Shown in pieces: positions 50,685 to 62,800 of a stretch of DNA of 64,000 nucleotides. The stretch comes from Escherichia coli. Its GTDB lineage: Bacteria > Pseudomonadota > Gammaproteobacteria > Enterobacterales > Enterobacteriaceae. Where the stretch lies: NCBI RefSeq assembly GCF_001677475.2, contig NZ_CP015229.1. The stretch is one strand, 5' to 3'. Numbering within the stretch: the stretch's first letter is position 1; each line of letters opens with the position of its first letter. The notes below the pieces were generated by a model. It did no database searches. It saw only the letters and a program-made list of their open reading frames with translations, and was not told the DNA's origin. The position numbers and the translations under genes were made by a program.

Positions 50685-50994
50685 CGGTTACCTTCTCCAC
50701 TTTCACAGAACATAACGGCACCTCGCTGTCGGATGCTTTTGCTCTTTGGGATTATCAAAGCGGCAGATATTCTTTCATCTTAAATTTTACGTCTTTGTCC
50801 TGACTGATGTTTATCCTGTTTGGCTGCGAAATAAATATAAAATTAATACATATGTTTTAATGATGTATTTTTATAAATTATTTTCCACGTGAATTTTAAT
50901 AAATTTAATCTATTCCTTTATACGCAATACATTTACTTTCCTCTTTTGATGATCTTAAATGTCTTATTTTTCGTAATGTGTATAACAAGGAATA

Positions 50995-51513
50995 GTGATG
51001 AAATTTAAAAAATGTCTTCTGCCTGTGGCAATGTTAGCGTCATTCACTCTGGCAGGATGCCAGTCAAATGCTGATGATCATGCCGCCGATGTTTATCAAA
51101 CCGATCAACTGAATACCAAACAAGAAACTAAAACCGTTAATATTATTTCCATTCTTCCCGCAAAAGTTGCCGTAGACAACTCCCAAAATAAACGAAACGC
51201 ACAAGCCTTCGGCGCGCTTATTGGTGCAGTCGCTGGCGGTGTAATCGGCCACAACGTGGGGTCTGGCAGCAATTCCGGAACGACGGCAGGTGCAGTTGGC
51301 GGCGGAGCTGTAGGCGCGGCAGCAGGTTCTATGGTGAATGATAAAACCTTAGTGGAAGGTGTTTCTCTAACGTATAAGGAAGGCACCAAAGTGTATACCT
51401 CCACCCAGGTGGGTAAAGAGTGCCAGTTTACGACAGGTTTAGCCGTTGTTATTACCACGACGTATAACGAAACGCGTATTCAGCCAAATACGAAATGTCC
51501 TGAAAAGAGCTAA
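50995..51513 (+). CDS. yfgH: outer-membrane lipoprotein YfgH (glycine-zipper)
   Basis: 172-aa ORF; lipobox LAGC; Gly-rich zipper GAVAGGVIGHNVGSGSNSGTTAGAVGGGAVGAAAGS. Confidence 0.88.
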   Translation: MMKFKKCLLPVAMLASFTLAGCQSNADDHAADVYQTDQLNTKQETKTVNIISILPAKVAVDNSQNKRNAQAFGALIGAVAGGVIGHNVGSGSNSGTTAGAVGGGAVGAAAGSMVNDKTLVEGVSLTYKEGTKVYTSTQVGKECQFTTGLAVVITTTYNETRIQPNTKCPEKS

Positions 51514-51528
51514 TGATCAGGAGGAGTC

Positions 51529-52068
51529 ATGAAGAAAGTTTTTCTTTGCGCCATCTTAGCCTCCTTAAGCTATCCGGCTATCGCCTCATCATTGCAGGAT
51601 CAACTCTCGGCTGTCGCAGAAGCGGAACAGCAAGGTAAAAATGAAGAGCAAAGGCAGCATGACGAATGGGTCGCGGAGCGCAACAGGGAAATCCAGCAAG
51701 AGAAGCAACGTCGCGCAAACGCCCAGGCCGCGGCTAATAAAAGAGCGGCAACGGCAGCGGCGAATAAGAAAGCTCGTCAGGATAAACTGGACGCCGAAGC
51801 CTCTGCGGACAAAAAACGCGATCAAAGTTATGAAGATGAGCTACGCAGCTTAGAGATTCAGAAACAAAAACTGGCGCTGGCAAAAGAAGAAGCCCGCGTT
51901 AAGCGAGAAAACGAATTTATCGATCAGGAACTGAAGCACAAAGCTGCGCAAACCGATGTGGTGCAATCTGAAGCTGACGCAAACAGGAATATGACTGAGG
52001 GCGGTCGAGATCTGATGAAAAGCGTGGGCAAAGCAGAAGAGAACAAATCGGACAGCTGGTTTAACTAA
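51529..52068 (+). CDS. yfgI: signal-peptide protein YfgI, highly charged predicted coiled coil
   Basis: 179-aa ORF; signal peptide then K/E/R/Q/A-rich low-complexity sequence. Confidence 0.88.
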   Translation: MKKVFLCAILASLSYPAIASSLQDQLSAVAEAEQQGKNEEQRQHDEWVAERNREIQQEKQRRANAQAAANKRAATAAANKKARQDKLDAEASADKKRDQSYEDELRSLEIQKQKLALAKEEARVKRENEFIDQELKHKAAQTDVVQSEADANRNMTEGGRDLMKSVGKAEENKSDSWFN

Positions 52069-52105
52069 GCGATGTCAGTAATTTCAAGCCTATGATTCGT
52101 GAGTA

Positions 52106-52140
52106 TAAAAAACCCTCTGTAGTAACAGAGGGTTTTGTTC
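52106..52140. terminator. bidirectional intrinsic terminator (yfgI / guaA)
   Basis: aaaaaaccctctgtagtaacagagggttttgtt: A-tract, stem, T-tract between convergent genes. Confidence 0.8.
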
Positions 52141-52160
52141 ATTCATAGTGCAGGGTCAAA

Positions 52161-53738
52161 TCATTCCCACTCAATAGTCGCTGGTGGCTTGCCGCTGATG
52201 TCATACACCACGCGGGAAATACCGTTCACTTCATTGATAATGCGGTTGGAAACGCGACCGAGGAAGTCATACGGCAGGTGCGCCCAGTGTGCGGTCATAA
52301 AGTCGATGGTTTCGACAGCACGCAGAGAAACAACCCAGTCATACTTACGACCATCGCCCATTACACCAACGGAACGTACCGGCAGGAAGACGGTGAACGC
52401 CTGGCTGACTTTGTCGTACAGGTCCGCTTTACGCAGTTCTTCAATAAAGATGGCGTCAGCACGGCGCAGCAGGTCGCAGTACTCTTTCTTCACTTCGCCC
52501 AGTACACGAACGCCGAGGCCTGGTCCCGGGAACGGGTGACGGTACAGCATGTCGTACGGCAGGCCCAGCTCCAGACCAATCTTACGCACTTCGTCTTTGA
52601 ACAGCTCTTTCAGCGGTTCAACCAGCCCCATCTTCATCTCTTTCGGCAGGCCGCCCACGTTGTGGTGAGATTTGATGACGTGTGCTTTACCGGTTGCAGA
52701 CGCCGCAGATTCGATAACGTCAGGGTAGATAGTACCCTGCGCCAGCCACTTCACGTCTTCCAGTTTCAGCGCTTCTTCATCGAATACTTCAACGAAAACG
52801 CGCCCGATGATTTTACGTTTTGCTTCCGGATCGTTTTCGCCAGCCAGCGCTGACAGGAAGCGATCTTCTGCCGGAACGTGAACAATATTGAGACCAAAGT
52901 GATCGCCAAACATATCCAGAACCTGCTCTGCTTCGTTGAGGCGCAGCAGGCCATTGTCGACGAATACGCAAGTCAGGTTTTTACCGATAGCGCGGTGCAG
53001 CAGCATTGCGGTTACGGAGGAATCCACACCACCAGAGAGGCCGAGGATGACTTTATCGTCGCCTACCTGCTCGCGGATGCGAGCTACAGCATCGTCGATA
53101 ATTTTCGCTGGCGTCCACAGGGCTTCACACTGGCAGATATCACGCACAAAACGCTCCAGCATGCGCATACCCTGGCGGGTGTGAGTCACTTCCGGGTGGA
53201 ACTGTACGCCATAGAAGCGTTTTTCTTCGTTAGCCATAATGGCAAACGGGCAGCTTTCGGTGCTGGCTACGGTGACGAAGTCGGACGGGATAGCGGTAAC
53301 TTTATCGCCGTGGCTCATCCAGACATCGAGCAGCGGTTTACCGTCTGCGGTCAGCGCATCTTCGATACCGCGAACCAGGGCGCTGTCGTTTACGACTTCA
53401 ACCTGCGCGTAGCCAAATTCACGTTCGTTAGAGGCTTCAACGTGACCGCCCAACTGCATTGCCATGGTCTGCATACCATAGCAAACGCCGAATACCGGTA
53501 CGCCTGCTTCAAAAACATACTGCGGCGCACGCGGGCTGTTTTCTTCGGTGGTGCTTTCCGGGCCGCCGGAAAGAATAATGCCGCTTGGATTGAAGTCACG
53601 AATTTGTGCTTCTGTCACATCCCATGCCCACAGTTCGCAGTAAACGCCCAGCTCACGCACGCGGCGCGCAACCAGTTGAGTATACTGGGAACCGAAGTCC
53701 AGAATGAGGATGCGATGCTTATGAATGTTTTCCGTCAT
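52161..53738 (-). CDS. guaA: GMP synthase (glutamine-hydrolysing)
   Basis: 525-aa ORF; class-I glutamine amidotransferase domain and ATP pyrophosphatase SGGVDSS motif. Confidence 0.95.
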   Translation of the reverse strand: MTENIHKHRILILDFGSQYTQLVARRVRELGVYCELWAWDVTEAQIRDFNPSGIILSGGPESTTEENSPRAPQYVFEAGVPVFGVCYGMQTMAMQLGGHVEASNEREFGYAQVEVVNDSALVRGIEDALTADGKPLLDVWMSHGDKVTAIPSDFVTVASTESCPFAIMANEEKRFYGVQFHPEVTHTRQGMRMLERFVRDICQCEALWTPAKIIDDAVARIREQVGDDKVILGLSGGVDSSVTAMLLHRAIGKNLTCVFVDNGLLRLNEAEQVLDMFGDHFGLNIVHVPAEDRFLSALAGENDPEAKRKIIGRVFVEVFDEEALKLEDVKWLAQGTIYPDVIESAASATGKAHVIKSHHNVGGLPKEMKMGLVEPLKELFKDEVRKIGLELGLPYDMLYRHPFPGPGLGVRVLGEVKKEYCDLLRRADAIFIEELRKADLYDKVSQAFTVFLPVRSVGVMGDGRKYDWVVSLRAVETIDFMTAHWAHLPYDFLGRVSNRIINEVNGISRVVYDISGKPPATIEWE

Positions 53739-53806
53739 TGACGCTTATTCCGAGGCAAGTGAAACAGATAATATAAATCGCCCGACATGAAGTCGGGCGA
53801 AGAGAA

Positions 53807-55273
53807 TCAGGAGCCCAGACGGTAGTTCGGGGACTCTTTAGTAATGGTCACGTCGTGAACGTGGCTTTCCTGAATGCCCGCACCGCTGATACGTACAAAC
53901 TCCGCTTTAGTACGCAGTTCGTCGATAGTACCACAGCCGGTCAGACCCATACAGGAGCGCAGGCCGCCCATCTGCTGGTGAATGATCTCTTTCAGGCGAC
54001 CTTTATAAGCTACGCGACCTTCGATACCTTCCGGCACCAGTTTGTCGGCTGCGTTATCGCTCTGGAAATAACGGTCAGAGGAACCTTTGGACATCGCGCC
54101 CAGGGAACCCATACCACGGTACGATTTGTAAGAACGGCCCTGGTAGAGTTCAATTTCACCCGGAGATTCTTCAGTACCCGCCAGCATGGAACCCACCATT
54201 ACCGCGCTTGCGCCAGCGGCGATAGCTTTGGCGATGTCACCGGAGAAGCGAATACCACCATCTGCGATAACCGGAATACCTGTGCCTTCCAGCGCTTCAA
54301 CTGCGTCAGCAACGGCAGTGATCTGCGGAACACCTACGCCAGTAACGATACGAGTCGTACAGATAGAACCAGGGCCGATACCGACTTTAACCGCGCTGCA
54401 ACCAGCTTCTGCCAGAGCGCGTGCACCTGCAGCTGTTGCCACGTTGCCGCCGATGATTTGCAGATCCGGATATTTAGCACGGGTTTCACGGATACGTTGC
54501 AGTACACCTTCTGAGTGACCGTGGGAGGAGTCTATCAGCAGAACGTCAACGCCTGCGGCAACCAGCGCATCAACACGCTCTTCGTTACCCGCACCTGCGC
54601 CAACCGCTGCACCAACACGCAGACGGCCTTGCTCGTCTTTACAGGCGTTCGGTTTACGTTCCGCTTTCTGGAAGTCTTTCACGGTGATCATGCCGATCAG
54701 GTGGAATTCGTCATCAACCACCAGCGCTTTTTCAACGCGTTTTTCGTGCATTTTTGCGAGCACAACTTCACGGGCTTCACCTTCACGCACGGTTACCAGA
54801 CGTTCTTTCGGCGTCATGTAAACGCTAACCGGCTGGCTCAGGTCGGTAACAAAACGCACGTCACGACCGGTGATAATACCCACCAGTTCGTTTTCTTCGG
54901 TAACGACCGGATAGCCCGCAAAACCGTTACGCTCGGTCAGTTCTTTCACTTCGCGCAGCGTCGTGGTTGGCAGAACAGTCTGCGGATCAGTCACCACACC
55001 AGATTCGTGTTTTTTCACACGGCGAACTTCTTCTGCCTGGCGTTCAATGGACATGTTTTTGTGGATAAAGCCGATACCGCCTTCCTGAGCCAGAGCAATA
55101 GCCAGGCGCGCTTCCGTTACGGTATCCATTGCTGCGGAAAGCATAGGTATATTCAGACGAATAGTTTTCGTCAGCTGGGTGCTGAGGTCAGCAGTATTCG
55201 GCAGAACAGTAGAGTGAGCAGGAACGAGGAGAACGTCGTCAAACGTCAGAGCTTCTTTAGCGATACGTAGCAT
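53807..55273 (-). CDS. guaB: IMP dehydrogenase
   Basis: ORF 53807..55342 trimmed to 488 aa ([21 protein letters not shown]...); CBS pair and catalytic IGPGSICTT motif. Confidence 0.95.
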   Translation of the reverse strand: MLRIAKEALTFDDVLLVPAHSTVLPNTADLSTQLTKTIRLNIPMLSAAMDTVTEARLAIALAQEGGIGFIHKNMSIERQAEEVRRVKKHESGVVTDPQTVLPTTTLREVKELTERNGFAGYPVVTEENELVGIITGRDVRFVTDLSQPVSVYMTPKERLVTVREGEAREVVLAKMHEKRVEKALVVDDEFHLIGMITVKDFQKAERKPNACKDEQGRLRVGAAVGAGAGNEERVDALVAAGVDVLLIDSSHGHSEGVLQRIRETRAKYPDLQIIGGNVATAAGARALAEAGCSAVKVGIGPGSICTTRIVTGVGVPQITAVADAVEALEGTGIPVIADGGIRFSGDIAKAIAAGASAVMVGSMLAGTEESPGEIELYQGRSYKSYRGMGSLGAMSKGSSDRYFQSDNAADKLVPEGIEGRVAYKGRLKEIIHQQMGGLRSCMGLTGCGTIDELRTKAEFVRISGAGIQESHVHDVTITKESPNYRLGS

Positions 55274-55404
55274 GGGCAATATCTCGACCAGAGTGGTTAA
55301 TAAATATTGCCGCGGCATTATACAGAGCGTAACCGATTGCATCTACCCCTTTTTGCAAAAAATGCTTGCTATCCCCGAAGGGCGGGTTACTATCGACTGA
55401 ATAA

Positions 55405-56811
<1,407 letters not shown>

Positions 56812-56878
56812 GCCGATATGATGCGCCAGCATCGCATCCGGCACTGGCTCCCAGGCCACGCCAGATGCGCCATGCTGG
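56812..56878. repeat. REP-like palindromic element at xseA 3' junction
   Basis: gccgatatgatgcgccagcatcgcatccggcac... fills the gap between the xseA stop and the stop of the convergent giant gene. Confidence 0.6.
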
Positions 56879-59800
56879 TTACTGGAAGCAGGTAACCAGA
56901 CCCGGTTTATTCATTAGCGTGATACTACAATCCTGTGCTCCAGTGCCTTCGTCCATCCCACACTGTTGAGAGGACAAATAAGGAAAACTTGGTGAAGACG
57001 GCCATCCCAGTGAATTAAAAACAGTATGCAACAACTCTAATTCATTGTATGTCGGTGCATTTTCTATGCTGCCACACTGCCTTGCGATATCCCATTTACT
57101 GGCATCAATGATATGTGCAGAAGCCCAGTTTTCGTAGTTAATAAACGGTGAGGATACGGGATTAGCCCCGGACGGCAATTCCGTCGTTAACAACGGTCGA
57201 TGTAGCGATTTACCATTCACCACTACCGTGTCTGCCATATGTCCCCAAAAGTGCGCCGAGGAAACATTCGGGCTGGTTGGCACCGTAAAAATAGCGTCCA
57301 GCGTGTCTGTCGCGGAAGCGTAATTAGCCAGAGTAACCGTCAGTGGCGTTTTATAACCAGGGGTATTATCCTGGCGGAGCGTAAAACTTGCCGTCCCATC
57401 AGCGCCTGTCATGCCACTAATGGTATTACCGCTTTCACTCAGCGTAATAGCCGAACCAGATAACGGCTGAACGATGAGATCGTCCATCGCCACCACATCA
57501 CCATACAACGTTGCCCCAGCGTTACGCGGCGATGCCTCACCACGTTTCAAAGTAAACTCCACATTCGGCACCGTATTCCCGGCGCTGTCTTTCACCGTCA
57601 CGGTAACGGGCATGGCTTCGCCTTTTTTCACTTTCGCCGCCTGGCTGTCAGCATCAAACGCTGTTGAGGTCAGTGTGACGCTGGAAACCGTCGCGCGCGC
57701 AGACACCAGGCACGCCTGATAAGCGGTATTAACATTCAATGTCGTCAAGCCATTTTTCATATCGAGCGACTGATTTTTGCCATCTGTAGTCTTATCCTGC
57801 GCCCACCAGCCATAATAAACTGACCAGCCAGTTTCCGTCGTAAAGGTGTTATTGGGATAACGTTGATACAGTGACTTCATATCGCTGAGCAACGGTTGTC
57901 GTGCTTCTTCACAGGGGCTGAGGCTGGCATTTGCTTTGGTTGTTGCTGAGAAATAGGGCCAGTCCTCATTATTGTTACTGATTTTATTCACCCCGGAGGT
58001 CGATGGCAGCTCTTTCCACAATTTCGGTCGTTCAAAGACGGTTCCATTTGCCGCTGTCACCGTTTCTGGCATATGGCCCCAGTAGTTGGCATCCGGAGTG
58101 TCAGGGCTGGTGACCACGGTAAATATCAGGTCCAGGTTTGACGTGATCTGCGGATCTTGTGCAAGCGAGACCGTAAACGGCGTTGCCAGGCCAGTGGTGT
58201 TGTTTTGCGTAACATTGAACGTCACAGTGCCATCACTGCCGGTAAAGCCAAGCCATTTTGCCGTATCCTGAGCAAAGGAAATGCTGGCTGCTGTCGGTGT
58301 GACGACATTTACAATAAGATCATCTGCCGAAGTAGATGAGGGCTTATTCCCTGTACGGTTTTTCGACTGCGCCCGCTGAAGCGTCACGCTCTCACCACTC
58401 ACCAGGTTGCCATTTTGGTCTTTTACTGTCACGACTAACGGGATTGTCTCGCCCTTTTTCGCCGATGCCGAAGGTGTGCCACCGTTGCTGGCGGTTTTCG
58501 TCTCATCAAATGCGGCTGACGTGAGAGTCACGCTTGATGATAAAGCGTGAGGCTGCGTCAGACAAAGCATCAGAGCAGACGGATAGAGAGAAGATGAAGG
58601 TTGTCCTGTTTTCAGGTTAATGACCTGATAATACCAGGACGTGCCACTAAGAGTAAGCTCATAAGTCCACCAGTTTCCGGCTGTTGTCGGCACCCCCAGA
58701 TCTGTCGTTATCGCCCCGTTAGGGTGATCGTTATAAAGCCCCTGCAACTCGCTGAGGCGCGGTTGATATTCCAGTGGGCAATCTGCCGTCGCTTTTTGAG
58801 TGTTGGATATATATGACCATGTCTCATTATTACCATTTACCGAGCTCCCCGAAGTTGCTTCCGCTGCCAGTAATGGGCGCTTGAAGGTCACGCCTGCCGA
58901 GCTGGTAAACGTTTCCGGCATATGGCCCCAGTATTTCGCTTTTGGCGAATCCGGGCTGGTTATCACCGTGAAAATGACATCCAGCGTGGCGCTTTTTGAG
59001 GTGTCGCGCATCAATGTTGCAGTGAGCGGGGTTGCGAACCCATAACTGCCGTTTTGGCTGACCTCAAACGTAGCTTTACCATCGCTTCCTGTCTTCAGAA
59101 GAGCCTGCGTCCCATCCTCATACAAGATTGACGTTACCCCGGTAGGCTCCAAAGGCACGATGGTAAGATCATCTGCAGAGGCATTGTACGCAGCTTTAGC
59201 GCGATTCAGCGCAGTCCCACGTTTAAGGTTAAAGCTGGCACCTGGCAGTGGATTGCCTGCGCTATCTCGCACCGTAACCGTCATCGGGATAACCTCTCCC
59301 TTCTTCGCCGTTGCACTGGGCCTGCCATCATTGCTCGCCGTTTTCGTTGCATCCTCTGCCGTTGAGGTCATCTCAATAGAAGCCGCCTCTGGATGAGGGT
59401 TTACCAGGCACAGCATTAATGCCGAGGTGGTTGAAGACGCTCTTCCACTTGATCCATTTAACAGAGAAATATATTGATCGTACCACTTACCCGCATATGC
59501 CACCACGTCGTAAGCCCACCAGTAGCTATTCACTGGAATACCCAGATCGGTCTTTATCGCACGACTTGGATGTTCGTCGTACAATGCCTGGAGTTCGCTT
59601 AACAGCGGTTGATAATGTACATCGCACCCGCTTTTATCTGCATCCCCCTTTGTTGCCGATTTCAACAATCCCCATGTTTCATTGTCTTCTATGACTCCAG
59701 ATTCTGACGATGTTTCGCTCTTGAGTAGTGGACGCCTGAAGGCAATCCCGGAACGCGTAGTGAACGTTTCCGCCATATGCCCCCAGTAACTTGCCAGGGG

Positions 59801-62800
59801 AGTATCCGGGCTGGTTATCACAGTAAACATCACCGGTAATTTGTTGGATTCCAGGCTCGACTGATAGGCCTGAGCGTACACATTGGTTACCAGGCCTATA
59901 GAATCATCCTGCTTTACCGTAAACGTGGCCGTTCCATCCGCGCCCGTCACCGCATAAAGCAAGATTGATGAACTATCCATTCTTGCCGACGTCCCCGCGG
60001 CGTTGATTACGGTGATAGTTCTGTTCAACATCAGTGTATTCTGGCGATTTGTCGATCCTTCACGTTTGAGAATAAACGGAACATTTGGTACGACATTTCC
60101 CTGCGCATCTTTGGTCACCACGCGAATCACCGCGTCGTCACCTTTTTTCCGTTTTAGTGCGCTGAGGGTTTCGTCAACTTTGACAAATTGTGTCGAATCG
60201 TTCGCTTCGACAATAATTTGGCTGGTCATCGCCACTGGGGTAGCCCGACAGCTTAGCAGACCTATACTGCTTGGCATGATCTCCGATTCATAACCAGTCT
60301 TCAACGAAACCGCTTTAAAATTAAAGGCTTGAGTATAATAGGCGACTGCCGTACTGGAGATATAGGCACGTGATACAGGCCATCCCGTAACGTCATGTAT
60401 TGGCGTGTAACCTTCATCGGCATACAATGACTCAAGTTCATTGTCAGCCGGGACATATCCTGCACCGCAACCATTTACAGATGTGTTGTTCGACTGGTCC
60501 GGCGAGAACAGTGACCATTCCTCTCCATCTTCCTGAAAATAGTTTCGACTAGCTGTAACGGTAAGCTCATCTTGCAATAACGGTCTTTTATAAATAAGCC
60601 CGCCAGCACCGGTCATCGTTTCGGCCATATGCCCCCAGAATTTTGCTTTAGGGGTATCGGGGCTGGTTATCACCGTAAAGACCACCGGAAGCATTGATTT
60701 TACGTTATTATCTGTATCCAGCATGGCGGTCAGTTCGGTTTTTAAACCTGTGGTATTGTCCTGTTTCAGTGCAAGTGTTGTCGTACCATCTGCGCCGGTA
60801 ACGCCATAAATCAGTGCTGTTGTTGAGGAAAAATTACTCTGCGTATTACCCCAGGCATCCGTCACGATGAGCGCGCCTGCTGTCACCGTTGTAGACGCAT
60901 TTGCCCGATTGACGCTAAGGTTACGTTTAAGCGTAAACGCGGTATTTCCCACCGGGTTACCCTGCGCATCTTTAGTGGTCACGCGAACCACGACTTCTTC
61001 CCCTTTTTTCGCTTTGACAACATTATTCGTACTGTCAAATTTTGTAGGGTCCGCAGCCTCAAGAACGATTTGGCTTGCCTTAACGATCGGCGTCGTCTGG
61101 CAGGTAAGCAGTTCTTTTGTGGCCGATGGAATTATCGAACTGGTACCTGAACTGAGATTGACGGCCTTGAAGTCACGCTGTTCCAGACTACTGCTGCCTG
61201 TCGTGCTGGTAAGGTAACTTGAGGCGACGGGCCAGCCCTGAACCGTTTTCATCGCATTGCCGCGGTTAGCTTCATACAATGACTCCAGCCCAACCTGAGA
61301 GGGAACATATTCACTACCGCAACCATTAGAGGATGTGCTTGTCGCCTGAGTTTGGGTAAATTGCGCCCAGTCCTCATTCTCTTCTGCAATCGCTGTTCGA
61401 CCCGACGTACTGGATAACTCTTTCAACAATAATGGGCGCTTAAAGACCGTTCCATCCGCAGCCGTCACCGTTTCCGGCATATGTCCCCACATTTTCGCTT
61501 TATTGCTGTCCGGGCTGGTGACAACGGTAAAAATGGTATCGAGGGTCGCTTTTTTCGTTGTGTCTGAATAGAGCGCGGCGGTCAGCGACGTTTTCGTGCC
61601 ATGGGTATCCGGGCGGGTAATAGTGAGAATTTTAGTGCCATCGCTGCCGGCCATCGCGCTGTATGCTGCGGCGGTATCATTGAGCGAAGTTTCATCCGCC
61701 AGGCCACTATTGATCACAACCGGCGCAACCAGCGCATCACCGCTACCGGCAATGTGTTTTTCGTTTGATCGGGTATAACCATCGCCACGCTTCAGGGTAA
61801 AAGGCATATCACCCAATGGATTGCCCTGAGCATCTTTTACCGTCACCTTCACCTGTAGCGTTTCGCCTTTTTTCAGCTTCGCCGCATTTGCTGCCGCGTT
61901 CCACTGCGCCGGGTCCACCACTTCCAGCGTAATGCTGTTGGCAGGATTGTTAGCCGTCGTCAGGCAACTGACATAAACCGCCGTGCTACCGCCAACGGTC
62001 CGCGCGCCATCGTTGAGGGCTATGGTGTAGTAATGCGGCACCTGATCCGCGGGCGAACTGCTCCAGTAGGGCTGACGCTGCGTTGGCCAACCGTGTACCG
62101 TTTGAACGGCGTTACCGCTGTAAGCATCATAGAGCGCGTTAAGCTGGGAACGGCGTGGGAGCATATTGGCACCACAGCCACCTTTACTGGTGCTGGAAGT
62201 GTTGGCCTGGCTAACGCGCGACCACACTTCGTTATTTTCCGTTAATGTGCCGTCCGGGCTGGACACTTCCGCAGCCAGCCGGGATCGGGCAAAGGTTAAT
62301 GCATCGACGGTAATCGTCTCATCCATATGCCCCCACATCTGCGCGCCAACCGCATCCGGACTGGTGAGCGTAGTGAAAATCACATTGTAATTAACAGTAT
62401 TGGGAATATAGGAGTTTACAGGCGCAATATTCAGCGGCGTCGCTAAGCCCACACCTTGCGGTTGCTTAATTTCCACAGTAGCAAAACCCTGCGCATCCGT
62501 AGTACCTGCATAGACTAAAGACGGTTGCGATGTTCCGTAGAGCGTGCCATTCATCTCGATTGCGCCGCGGGTTGGATCATCGAAACCCGTGGTCTGCCCC
62601 TGACGATTTTTCCCCATATCTTTCGTGATGGTGAACGCGGTATACGGCACGGGCGCATTATTCAAGGCATTAAAGGTGCGTACCGTCATGGTAATCGTTT
62701 CACCCACTTTCGCCTGCGCTCTGCTGCTTGTGGAAACATCATGATCGGTGGTCGCAGCAATCTGGGCGACCATCTCATTGCCCGAACAAGAAAGGTAGTT

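Noticed and set aside
52878-55270. Three long plus-strand ORFs (52878..53741, 53855..54514, 54515..55270) antisense to guaA and guaB
   Set aside because: Open antisense frames in highly expressed, codon-biased genes; no independent coding signal.
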